Shown here one piece after another: positions 31,701 to 43,760 of a stretch of DNA of 64,000 nucleotides. Below the pieces are notes generated by a model. It searched no databases, was not told where the DNA came from, and saw only the letters and a list, made by a program, of their open reading frames with translations. The stretch covers positions 310,001 to 374,000 of the forward strand of contig JASANG010002570.1 of assembly GCA_030248215.1 (NCBI GenBank), in the 5' to 3' direction. Position 1 is the first letter of the stretch, and each line of letters opens with the position of its first letter. Made by a program: the position numbers and the translations under genes. Origin of the DNA: Enoplolaimus lenunculus (Eukaryota).

Positions 31701-34700
31701 CGGACTGTTTGTGCGTGATATTTACACTCGCCCTCCATAACCTGCTAGCAAGTAATCAAATTAAAAGGGTCAGGGAGACAAAGACCCCCTGGAAGACATT
31801 TGGCCTTCCTGGAACATTTTCAACCTTGCTTGTAAGCCATCGAAAACCCTTGTATGCCCCTGATTAACAATGTTTAGCCGTCCTACAAGGTGAGCTGGCT
31901 ACAGACATGCTTACCTGACTGTGTCATGGCTCTCAATAAACACTCGTCTGCCGATAAAAAATCTATTTTTAATTTCAGAATATTTTTTAAAACTGACTCA
32001 GTCACAAACGTCAAAAGTCAAGCCAGGAATATCAGCATATCAGCATAAATTGCCTGAGGTAAAACTGACAGCTATCGTTCACTAACCAGTTAATAAATGT
32101 TGTCCGAGTCAATGAAGTTGGCGAACAATTTTGTGACCCAGGTTAATATTAAGAACCTACCCATTATAAGCTGACCCAAGTTACTTTTAGGGCCGTCCCG
32201 GTTTCCGCTAGATCTGCAAAAGAGTAGGCTTACATTCTAGATTGCATTTTTTTCCTTCGGCTAAAAGGCACTAGATTAATTAATTCATTGGAATTTACAG
32301 TGTATGAGTGGTAATGCTTTTTGTATAAATTGTAAATTTTTGCATTGAACGTACACATTTTTCGGCCATATTACTTTAAGGGTCGTCCCGGTTTATGGTG
32401 GGCCATAAAACAGTAGGATTAGAATCTAGCTTACATTTCTTGCTTAGGCTTAGGCTTACAAATACGCTAATTTGTCAGTCTGGGTATAAACCGGGACATC
32501 AGACCTTTCAGCTAAGCAGCTGGACAAGCGGGCCTCCGAAGCGGGGATCGAACTCTCAGCCTACGGATCTTTAAGCGAACACTCTACCACTGCGCAACGC
32601 AGCCCGCCTCATCAACTGCATTTTTCGTCGACTATATGTATACCGTATGCTGCCAGCAAGCATACAACACAATGTGCGTTGCATTTATTGCATATGCACT
32701 AGGACAAGCGTGTGTCACATGCTTACATAATCTACTGTTACGCCCCTTAAAGTAACATTGGCCCATTTTTCAATATTCAATTTTAGATTGCGTCTTATTT
32801 GAAACCGCTTCTTGATTTCGTTAAAGACAAAGTTCCATCAAAATATCATTCTAAGACTCCGTTTGCATTCAGAGCAACTGCAGGTCTGCGAGTGTTAAAG
32901 TATGGTGACGTGACGGCGTTGCTACGAGAGGTTTGTGATTGGTTCGATAGGAATGTTAGGATGGCACTAGGTTTGTTGTGCTAGACCCGCAGTAGAAATT
33001 GTCAGTAGAGGGGGTAAGAAAAATTTTGCTAAGCCAGGGGGGGTTAGGCGAAGTTGTTCGTTGTAGTTGCAGTCCTTAAAGTGTTGAATGGCGCTATACT
33101 TATCGTAAGGTGCCAAATAGCATTTCATGTTATAACAAATGTACTAATTGGTATTGAGGTTAATAGCGTAGGTTCTCATTAAACAATATACTTAACATTA
33201 AGTGAAACTGCTGTCGAATTAATTGTCGATTTTACTTACTGTGGTGCTTGGCAAACTTTCAGTTAAGTTTAAGCAAACAAAAAATTCTTAGCTCTACATT
33301 TACTAAATTAATCAGGAAATGACAGCAATAGTTTTACTTATTTACGTTATTTAAGCAAAAATTTACTCAATATTTAGTACACTTATGCTTAAAATAGTTT
33401 GCAAAATATAACTAATGTATTTTAAGTAGCGTGGTTTTAAAGAGTTATGTTCAGTGATTTAGGTTTCATGAATTAGACTTAGGTGTAACTTTACGTTTAC
33501 GTGTTGCGGTTTAGGCTTGGACTTCAGCCTTTTAGTCTTATGTTTAGGCTTTAAATGAGGAGTCTAGTTAAACTACTGTATTTTTACAAATTGTAGTATC
33601 AAGATTTTTATCAAACGTGCCTTCACGTAATTTCAACATAACTTTATTAAGCTGAATCTCAATTGAGTCGAAAACTGTCAACAATAGCTATGTCATTTTT
33701 TCAGAAAATGTTTGACAATTTTAGGTTGAAGATGCAACGAACAATTTGTCATTCCAACCACTGAATAAAACATTATTTGTTGACGTTCTGACGGGGTTAA
33801 GCGAAGGTTAGTGAAGCGATGTAAGACAGAATGAACAAATGTATCAATCAGGATCGGAAGAGTAGACTATATAAGCATTTTTGTAAGCCTTAGCCTAAGC
33901 GTTACCGAAATCAACTTAGCCTACAACTAATGCGGGATTCACGTTATAACCGGGGCAGACGGGACACAATTTGTCCCATGTTGATTCGACGTCAACGTTA
34001 AAAATCGAGCACTCATATCGGGTTAACAGACAAAACTCGAATGTCATACGACATTTACTTACAAACCACCGCTCTCAGAAGAACAATGTGTACAAGAGTA
34101 GGTATGTCACATGATACTAGCGGACATTTATCCGAATATCATATGATATTCCAAAATTACAGTGAATATCATATGATATTCAACGGGACAGTGTAATTTT
34201 CGGTTGCTAATAGATTAACGGAAAGTCGGACGGCAGAGGTACAGATGTGATTAAAATACCAAATCGTCTTAACAGCCATTTCCGACACAAAATCGATTAT
34301 AGAAACAGTGTCATAATTCAAAAATTCAAATTTCAAATTCTAGTATCATGTGATATTCAGCAGGACAATTTTGGTATGTTACCTCAAGTGAGCAGACATT
34401 TGAAAATATATCATGATATTCGCTGACAATACGTCGAATATCATGTGATATTGAAGGACAGAAGGTGACCTACACATGGTGATAGCAGACAAATACGACT
34501 TTTTGAATATAATATAGAGTCTATTAGCAGACAAAATGTTACCCAATAGTCTAATAGGGACAAAACGCGTCCCAAAATGCCCCGTTTATAACGTGAACAC
34601 CGCATAAGGCTAAGCCTGAGAAAAACAGCCTAAATCTTAAGCTTCGTCAACGGCAATCGTGCAGCAAAACGATCCGCTCCTGTCCCATACATGAGCCCGC

Positions 34701-37700
34701 ATAATGAATACGAACAGTGTTTTGTTCGAGGGATTGCGTGTTTGCACTATAATTTCGTGGGCCATAACTATTGAACCGTTGGTGATACAGTCATAAAAAT
34801 GGTACCGTTGAACTCAACTCGTCGAGTCCTCAAGAATACCTAAGCTTCTTTTTATTTAATTGCTACACTGGGTCTAGAATCAGTACCATCTGCCGAAACA
34901 ACAAGATTTATCGTTAACAAGGTTCCTTGGCACCAATTTTAACCTAATATTTTGCGGTAGGAGTGGGTGTCCTTTCACTCCGCCCTCTGAATTTATCCAT
35001 CTGTTCTTGTTGAAATTTTAAGCTTTACAGTAGACAGGTGGTTTTACAGCTTTAGACCAATTCACAAAAACTTTCATAACACCAAATTTCAGGAGCGTAC
35101 GCGTGGGTGTCTGTGAACTATTTGCTTGGAACACTCTTCAACGCGCATAAAGAGAATTCAGGTAAAGAAGGTTGGGTTTGAAATTAATTTTTCGTATGAA
35201 CCAAGACGTCGCATTTTAACTTTAGGTTGTAAAAAGGTTGTCAATACCCATCAATAAGACCGGCATAAATGTTTATTGAGCGAAGCGAAACTCCGAGCGA
35301 GGCTCGGAGTTTCGCGAAGCGTTTTATGTTTTGTACTTTGGGTGTCGAAAGGTGGATGTCCGTCCGTCCGTCTGTCCGTCTGTCCGTCGTGCGAGGAATC
35401 TGAATAAATTGTTTACAAACGTCTAAAACCAATAATTCAGTAGTTAGCTAATAGATAATTTGCATATAAGCATAGTTGATAAGCCTACATTAGGCGTTTT
35501 TACAATGTTGCACTAATTATTAGGGTTACAAGCAATCTAACTTCAGCAATAATGGATTTTCGGGTGCGAGGAATTTGAATAAATAGTTTACAAACATCCA
35601 AAACCGATAAATGAATAGTTAGCTAACAACTAATTTGCATATTACCTTTATTGCTTACGTGCGTTCGAGCTTCGCTCAATAAATGTAGTCCCACTACGAC
35701 TGGTGTCAATTTGTAGTCTGTATATTAATAAGGTTGATCATCTTTATCACAAAACCAGGATTTCATTTCCATGTATAGAATAGGGTCGGATAATTTTTCG
35801 GCGAGGCTGTACTAGAGTCAGTTTAAGTTTTAGATTAACTTTTTAGCTTAGGCTTAGGCTTGGGAATAGGCTCGTCCTTGCACTTTGGCTTAGGCTTAGA
35901 CTTAGACTTAGGCTTAGAAACATGCTTATACTACTGTTCAGTCCCAGTTCTATACATCGGCCGGTTTATCTAACATATTTTTGAGCGATATAAATTATTT
36001 TGATAAGGCTGAAGCAACTGGGCAAATAGTTGGTAGACCGAGTGTAAATTAGAAATAACAAGTAATAAAATATCAAATTTAGGTTTCAAGCGCTGCTGTT
36101 ACTCGCTCATCTGCAACATGTTTCTGCAAAATCACTGACTCCCATTTATTGAGCGAAGCTCGGAGTTTCGCGAAGCGTTTTATGTTTTGTACTTGGGGGT
36201 CGAAAGGTGGATGTCCGTCCGTCCGTCCGTCCGTCTGTCCGTCTGTCCGTCTGTTTTTGATAAACTTTTTTTTGTTTGAAAGCCAATTATCTTGGGGTGT
36301 TAACCTCGCATTGGGGTTTTAAAATTGCAAGCCGTTTAGTAGCTACAGGCTAATTTGCATAATTAAATAAGCCTAAATTAGGACTTTCCATAATATTTCA
36401 CTAATTATTACAGTTAGAAGCAATCTAATTTTAGCATTAAAGGGTTTTTGGGAGCGAGGAACCTACGTAGATTGTTTACAAGCCTCCAAACCCGATGACC
36501 AGTTTGCATCTTGAAATATCCTGTCCTAAACAGCCTCCAAATTCTTTGAATGCAACTAATTATATATATATATATATATCATATTTTAGACACGTCTACG
36601 TTATCGTCAGCAATTATTGATCTCGGGGGAGCATCGATGCAAATTGCTTATCGTCCCACCACTCCAATGACGAATCGCAACAAAAAATATTTCACCGCAA
36701 TTGTGCCAGTCAACAAACATAATGTAACGTTGTACTCGCGCAGGTAAGAAATGCCAAGAATTCCGTTAATCATAATATTATTGGTTGGTGCCAATGCTGA
36801 TGAGTTCATGGACAATTGTGAGTTTACGCGTATCTGGCGATTTTGTGTAAGTAATTAATTTAGTATTGCAGTCATTAACACTGGTCTCAGTACCTTTCTT
36901 AGAACATGTTGTGTGTGAGCTAATTTGATTCCGTCGTAAACTGCCTGAACGTTTGAAGTATTTATTGGTTCTGGAACATGAGAAAGAGTTACTCTATGTA
37001 TCGTACATACATCGCCTGGTAAATAATTATTATTAGTAATGGCTTGTGGACATTGAGAGCAGCCGGAGTTGCTCATTGGTTACAAGCACAATTCGGACGT
37101 TATTGTTTGATAAAGTCCAGACAGAAGGAAATATCACGTTTATTGCAATCATCTTGGGAATAGTCAAATGAAAAGTGATTCGCATCTGAGCAGTAGTTAT
37201 TATTGCTTTGAGCTCGCCATGGATGATTATATTCGTAAGCAAAACAATTGTCCTAAATATCGCTTAATAATCTTTTGAATCAGGAATTTGCGTGTTTTTT
37301 TACAATTGTTCTCGTTTTCGTTGATCAATTTCTGCTGTACTATTATGTTTGACCATTTATAATGCCTGTCCAAATCACATTCTTTTGTCAATATTTTAGA
37401 ACAGAAATAACATTTATGAACCATCGTAGTTATAGTGCGCAAATTTGTTTAAAGCATTCACTGCAAAAAATGGGTAGTCAAATTGACTCTCTGAAATAAG
37501 TTTTTCCTGATTACACACACTGAATCAAAATTTGACTCCGCCTGAGTCAAATTCGACTCAATTTGACTCTGACGCAGTCGAATTTTTTGATTCAGTTTGT
37601 GTAGTAAGGAAAAGCCTATTTCGGAGATAGTCAATTTGACTCACCGTTTTTTGCAGTGTTAAAAATAAACAATCCTTAATGTAATCTCTAATGTTTTATA

Positions 37701-40438
37701 TACAGTGAATACCCACGCCTATATACGTGTACTTTATGTGATTTCCTCACATAGCACACTTCAAGTAAAATTTAAGAAAACATATTCATTTACTTACAAT
37801 CACACACACACTTATTATCTTCATTAATAGAAATTTCAGGTAACAACTATGTTGGTCATTCACCTACAATCACCCATTTTCAGTTATCATTAATGAAAAT
37901 TCAAAGCAACTTTTGCCAGGATAATGGTATTTACACAATTTGTTATCCTTAATAAAATTCAAACCAACTTTTAAACGCATATTGTTCATTTACCCGCAAT
38001 CATCAACACTTCGTTGTAACTAGTCAAATTTAAATCAGCTTTTGAAGCCATATTGGTAATTTATCCACAATCACCCACAGTTTGCTATCGTTAATTAACC
38101 CCTCCTCACATTGAGTTGCCTATAGGCAACTCAGCGCAGAGTATATATGTTAAATAATATATATCGCACCGTGTTTAACAATTGCAACACGTATTCATAG
38201 TACTAAATCACGTCAAGACGTGAGAGCGCCCTCGGACTCGAGCATCAAGATCCTATAGCTGAGTGGTGATGGTATACGCCTCCCACTCCAGTCACTAAAG
38301 TTCGAATCCTAGCAAAGTAGGTCTCAGGGGAAATAGAAAATATTCATGTGAGAAAGGGTTAAATATAATCAATCCTTTCAACTATATTGGTCATTTGACA
38401 GCAATCATTCACATCTTGTTATCACCCCACATATTCCTTATATAACGTGTCACTTAATCTCAGCAACCATTTTTACATCGTGGTTATTCGCGTTTCAACT
38501 TTTTGTCATAAACATAATTTTCACCTCTTCAAACACAATGCTCAGTCAAAATCCGCTTCGATTCGTTCGAAACGCTTTTTCACCGTCACAATTTCCAATT
38601 TTAATATCTCTGCGCACAAAATCAAAACTGCGGGAACAGCCTGTAAAATTGTGATTTGACATGCATTTGAAAATGGAAAATATTTCGCAATCAACCTATG
38701 CGAGTGGAGTTGATTTGTGAATTTTCGAACATTGTGGAACAACTGACTAGGTACAAAATAGATCTTTACGTGTCGGTTTTCACTACTTTGCAACAAGATC
38801 GAGTAATAATATGCCTCAACATAAAGGATTCAAAAACGTTGAAAGTATTAAAAAGAATGCAATGCTTATGATTGATTGTCATATCTTGAAACTGCTGATC
38901 ACTTAGTGATGATTTTTGTTGTTAATAGCACGAATGTACCAAAAATATTGTTTTAAAATACAGCTACTGTGAATTTGCAATTATGAATTACTTAAACAAA
39001 ATCATTAGAAACGTGTAAAATTAATTGCAGTGCAAACAGTTGACTCGGAGTCAAATTCACACTTCGCAACACATAATGCGTGCTTTATACAAGAAATGCG
39101 TTGAACTGTGAGATTACTACTTCCATTGGAAATGCTATATTTACGCTTACAGCTACCGCTGACACAGTTCTAGAATTCAATACTCGACGGACGGGTTGCA
39201 GATGATGTTACAACTCTTGAGACTTTATACCAGCTGTACAACAGACTTCCATTGGAATCCAACGACATTGTTTCATGGACTGGATTTTGACCATTTTCAA
39301 TCGAACTTCGAGATTTCTACCACAGGCTAGAAAGCGTTCTGATGTTCGTTCACTGATTCTTAAATTGGTTTACATCATTTGCATAAATTTTAAATATTTT
39401 ACAATAGTTATCAAGCTACGCATCGGAACAATTAGAATTTAGCCAAATTTCTCCCGCCGACACTAGTGTGAACATAAGCCTAAGCCAAAACCTCAGCCTA
39501 AAGTTTAAGACCTAACCAAAGACTAAAGGTAAACAAAGGGTTTGTACCAACGGCTTTGTGTTGAACCTATTAGCTGTCTACTAGACGACGAATGCCTAAT
39601 ATTGGCTAAAATCCATCTTTTTAGCTACCGCGGAGCAGGACTCGTACGTGCTCGCGTTGCGATCACCAGCAGCGAAGATGACACGTCATCGGATTTTGCT
39701 GCAATCAAAAATGACGTCATTTCAAGTTGCGTTGCGCATGGTAGCAATATTGTATGGACACCGTTTGGCGATTTTCGACAAACTGTTCGGTAATATAGAA
39801 ATGCCGCAGTTGAAACGTGATTTAGCGACAACGGCGCAATCGTAAACAACAGTTAAAACAAGTTGTTGTATATATTAATTGAATCAGCAAATTGTCAACA
39901 ATTAGTCCGATAACTCAGGTTTTATGGTAAACAACAAAATTTGATTAAGAAATGGGGTCCATTGCGCCATGAACAGCACAACATTTTCGCAGTGCCTAGG
40001 AATAGATTGCATTCTCAATTATATTTACTCTGGGGGTACGAGATAGTCCCATCAGCAAGGTTTGTCAAGCACCACACCTAATGTGGATTTGAAACATTTT
40101 CAGCGGATCGTCAAGGTATTCGTTCACGTTTTGCTACAAAATGGTCCAAGCATTTGTGAATCGTCTAAACATCACTCAACCTGACAAAGAACTTGGACGT
40201 CATCGACGCGAGTTACCGCTTGCAAACAGACAGATATACGCGTTCTCATACGTTTACGATGTACTCGAAGCAGCCGGAATTGTACCGAAAGCGAAAAGTA
40301 AATCAAAATCATATAACTGAAATGTAAAACTTTAATGTTTCTGACGTTTGAAGTTTTTGAATAACTTTTTCTCGCATGAATATTTTCTATTTCATCTAAG
40401 ATAACTTTTTAAAATAATGCAAAAACTACGCTAGAAAC

Positions 40439-40496
<58 letters not shown>

Positions 40497-43400
40497 AATT
40501 GCGTAGCCAGGATTTCAATCGTAATTTATTAATCTTTTGCTGGCATGCATTGTAATTATTAGTACGGAATACTGGGCGAATGGTACTTTAGCGGGCATAA
40601 CAGTAGATTAAAAGTATTCCTAAGCCTAAGCCTAAGCGTCACAAAAATGAGTTCCTAAGCCTAAACCTAACCAAAAAATGTAATCTAGAATCTAAACCTA
40701 CTCTTTTATAGATCCACCAGAAACCTGGACGCCCATTAAAGTAACACAGGCCAAATACTGAATAACTTTGTTAAATATTTTAGCTTCCACAAGATCTGTA
40801 TCACAATTTAAAGTCGATGCCGAAACCGGTGAGTTCATCTGTGCCTCGGAGCAGTCGGTTTAAGCTTCTGTATGAATAGACAGCGGCACAACATACAATA
40901 ATGAGATATTTGCCATTTAAAGCGATCCCAAAGCATCCACAAAGCCGGCCGACTGAGTTTCTACGCAATTTTTCTCTACAAAATATATATGCGCGGATCA
41001 GATAAATCCTGTTTTATAATATCATGAAACATTAAAGCTGTTCAGAATAAAACGTGCCCCAAAGATACGAAGCCTGAGTTCATTCAATTGAACGCCTTCA
41101 GTGGAGGCAGAGCACAATTCAAGACTATTGACTCTCTTCATGTGAACCTTCAACATAAACTGTCTGTGAGCAATGAAACTTTATAAAGTCTGCGGCCAAT
41201 GTAAACAACAGGATCGGAACATTATTCTAAGCATATTCGTAGGCCGAAGCCTAAGCCTAAAAGCCTAAGCCTAAAAGCATTAGAAAGAGCATATTCCTAA
41301 GCCTAAGCCTAAGTCTAAACCAAGCAAAAAAAATAAGTCTAAAGCTTAAGCTTACTCTATTGCAGTCCCACAAATAAACGTTCCGGCCCTGATGTTTACA
41401 TGGGAAAAGTCTGCCGATATGTTGCTTACTTCTGCGGTATATAAACAATTTTAAGCCAGAAAAATTAATCTGATTTTCTTACTCCATAAGCTGCCTGTTC
41501 TATGAAGCGCTAACTCAAGGCAGCAGTGGTAAAAATTTACGATATGAAATTCCAAACTCACTAACTTTTCAATGGATGCCGATGCAAAATTGAAATTTTC
41601 GAGGAGCCGATGAAAGGACATCCTGCTAACGTTAACTAATCTCTTGCCCGCTGCCCCCCCCATGCTCCGCGATTCGTGTACTTATTATAGGCGGTTTCAA
41701 GGTTTCAAAATTTAACCGATGATACTTTTAAAATTCAAGAATATATTTTTGATTTTAAAATATTTTGTTCTTGGAAGTTAAATGAGTTAAGGCTTAGGAT
41801 TGCGCTATACTTTTTCGACGTCCGGTGCCGTCCGTCACCCGTACGGCGCTGTTGGTCACCTGTGCGGCGCTGTTCGTCACCTGTGCGGCGCTGTGCGTCA
41901 CCGTGCGGCAACGGGTGTCACCGTGCGGCGACGTGCGTCACCGTGCGGCGACGTGCGTCACCATGCAGCACCGTGCGTCACCGTGCGGCGAGGTGCGTCC
42001 CGTGCGACGTCACGAGTCACCCGTAGGCCGCCGTGTGTCACCGTGCGGTATCGTACGCAAACAACTCGCCTACGATAACGTATGGTACGAACGGTAACGG
42101 ACGGCGCCGTACGGGTGACGCGCACGGTGACGAACGGTGACGGCGCCGGCCGTTAAGTATAGCGCAACCCTTACAGTGCAAAACTGCACGCGGTTACGGA
42201 CTTGACGAAGTACAGCCTACCAGCTTTCACAATTCAGTCTGTCGTTTAACTTTGTCAGCATGTTCTCGAAGCCGGATCGACATTTTCAACGCAAATGACT
42301 TTTTTGAACCGTGGAGATGTCTTGATACAACGCTGATTTACACGTATTTACATCATTCACTTGGATTTAATGAAAACAAACAAATTCAAGTGAGCATTGC
42401 TTGGTTGGTTAAAACTTCAGTTGAAATTTCATACACTGTGAACGCTCAGTGAGTCCAATTTGACTCTGGCGGAGTCGAATTTGACTTTGTTTGTGTAGTC
42501 AGAAAAAGCCTATTTTGGAGAGAGTTAATTTGACACACCATTTTTTACAGTGTATCTTTGGTAATAACTTGTGTACACCATGTTATAATTTTTAATAAAC
42601 CTGTAAGTATGTGCAATTCAGAAAATTTTAATTTGCCCTCAAGGGGGGCCCATGTTTTACTTTTAGGGCTGTCCCGTTTTCTCGCACACCTTCAATAGAA
42701 CAGGATTCTAGATTTAAAGACAATTTTTTTTACGCTTAGGCTTAGTCTTTGGAATATGGTTTTAATCTACACGGTTCTATATGGGCCCTCAAGATAGTGC
42801 CTAAAATTTTATATTAGAACTCTCGAAACCAAAAAGTAAACCCTTTTCCACCGTCCCACCGAGGGCTGTCAGGGTTAAAATTGTTAAACCTCTGTCAGCC
42901 AGTTTTGTATTTCTAAAATCTGTAAACGTTTTAACATAAGGTCAAACGCTTTCAGCAAAGGGGAAAACCCTGTCTGTAACAAAAACGGCCCCATGTAAGC
43001 ATGTAAGGCATGCTTGTCCTAGTGCATATGCAATAAATGCAATGCGCACTGTGTTGCATGCTTGCTGGCAGCATACGGTCGACACATATAATGGTCGATA
43101 GACAGTTGGACAGACGTGTTGCGTGGCACAGTGGTAGAGTATTCGCTTAAGGATCCGTACCTGAGATTTTGATCCCTGCTCTGTAGGCCCGCTTTTCCAG
43201 CTGCTTAGTGAAAAGGTCAGAAATCCCGGTTCCTACCAAGACTGACACACCACGGTGATATCAAATTACTTGCTTCAGTTGAACTTTGTGAACTTTTCAG
43301 GTCACTAATACAGTGGACGGAGAATCGTTAAGTTGGGCGTTGGGTAAAGCGTACGTTCAACTTGAAACCAGCTTAGAATTGCATCGAAACTCTGCGACTG

Positions 43401-43501
43401 CTGTAAATTCAAAACACCAAAACACGTGTGCTTGGCGAATTAATTGTTTAACAATTTTAACACTAATTTGGCTGTGGTTATACGCAAATAAAGTTAACTA
43501 G
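28726..43501 (+). CDS. Nucleoside triphosphate diphosphohydrolase (GDA1/CD39 apyrase family, ENTPD5/6-like core), 12 exons, about 503 aa
   Basis: Exons 28726-28858, 31352-31465, 31979-32058, 32787-32930, 33725-33806, 35093-35161, 36590-36743, 39625-39789, 40104-40297, 40784-40828, 42259-42389, 43301-43501; all GT-AG with matching phases, total 1512 nt. ACR1 DAGSTGTR, KPGIS, ACR2 ATAGLR, ACR3 GLSEGAYAWVSVNYLLG, ACR4 DLGGASMQ, YAFSYVYD, CLD, ACR5 SWALG. Hydrophobic N- and C-termini. Confidence 0.93.
29718..31346. repeat. 141-bp tandem repeat, about 11.5 near-identical copies, in NTPDase intron 1
   Basis: GATCAGGAT recurs every 140-141 nt, 11 times between about 29832 and 31245. Confidence 0.97.
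32364..32763. mobile_element. GGCC-ended telomeric-repeat MITE interrupted by a solo-LTR-like insert
   Basis: TSD CATTTTTC on both sides. The family consensus AATACGC-TTAATCTACTGTTACGCCCC is split by the insert at 32473-32727. Confidence 0.85.
32473..32727 (-). mobile_element. Solo-LTR-like element (TG..CA, 5-bp TSD) containing a tRNA-like sequence
   Basis: 255 bp; ends TGTCAG and CTTACA; flanks TAATT/TAATC; minus strand reads GGCTGCGTTGCGCAGTGGTAGAGTG..GAGTTCGATCCCCGC. Confidence 0.75.
33205..33445. repeat. Dispersed AT-rich repeat of about 240 bp
   Basis: Second copy in the same orientation at about 44561-44802 (TTTTACTTACT.TGGTGCTTGGCAAA..AATCAGGAAATGACAGCAATAGTTTTACTTATTTAC). Confidence 0.8.
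33931..34604. mobile_element. PIF/Harbinger (Tourist-like) MITE with TAA TSD, nested in a telomeric-repeat MITE
   Basis: 27-bp TIR TGCGG..TTCACGTTATAA.CGGGGCA; TAA on both sides; internal ATCATGTGATATT repeats. Confidence 0.8.
35271..35685. mobile_element. Inverted-repeat element (TTTATTGAGCGAAGC ends) with (CCGT)n microsatellite
   Basis: TTTATTGAGCGAAGC...GCTTCGCTCAATAAA; second partial copy at about 36145-36495. Confidence 0.65.
38095..38362 (+). mobile_element. piggyBac-type MITE with internal tRNA-like Pol III promoter
   Basis: TTAA-CCCCT(C/T)CTCACAT...ATGTGAGAAAGGG-TTAA; A box TAGCTGAGTGG and B box GTTCGAATCC; hairpin TGAGTTGCCTATAGGCAACTCA. Confidence 0.88.
40442..40493. repeat. (TA)n microsatellite
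   Basis: About 25 TA units; smaller TA-rich tracts at 36561-36579 and 46793-46870. Confidence 0.95.
41194..41406. mobile_element. GGCC-ended MITE carrying telomeric (GCCTAA)n, subfamily with ATGTAAAGA ends
   Basis: 8-bp TSD AAGTCTGC. Related copies at about 22449-22590, 28945-29150, 33835-34697 (split), 35768-35962, 43523-43760, 46353-46652, 47578-47775, 52676-52989 and 63955-64000. Confidence 0.88.
41797..42170. mobile_element. GC-rich PIF/Harbinger-like MITE with TTA TSD and about 20-bp internal repeats
   Basis: TIR GG(A/G)TTGCGCTATACTT; TTA flanks; internal CGTCACCGTGCGGCG repeats that invert near the right end. Confidence 0.8.
42994..43247 (+). mobile_element. Second solo-LTR-like tRNA-containing element
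   Basis: 254 bp; TGTAAG...CTGACA; flanks CCCCA/CACCA; homologous end to end with 32473-32727; AATAAA near the 5' end; A box TGGCACAGTGG, B box degenerate. Confidence 0.75.
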
Positions 43502-43522
43502 TCAAAGTGGTTGCCATATTTT

Positions 43523-43760
43523 ACCCAATGTAAAGAACAGGGGCGAAACAGTGTTATAAGCATATCCCTAAGCCTAAGCCTAAGCCTAAGCGTAAGAATG
43601 AGCATATTCCTAAGCCTAAGACTAAGTCTAAGCCTAAGCGTAAGAATGAGTATATTCCTAAGCTTAAGCCTAAGAGAAGCAAAAAAATTGGTCTAAAGCT
43701 TAAGCTTACTCTATTACAGTCCCACAGAAAAACGTTCCGCCCCGGATCTTTACATGGGCC
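43523..43760. mobile_element. Telomeric-repeat MITE immediately after the NTPDase stop codon
   Basis: Same family as 41194-41406; starts about 22 nt after the TAG at 43501. Confidence 0.85.

Noticed and set aside
32535..32607. Functional tRNA gene (also 43115-43190 and the cores of the TTAA MITEs)
   Set aside because: A and B boxes are present but I could not fold convincing acceptor and anticodon stems, and each lies within a repeated mobile unit; treated as tRNA-derived.
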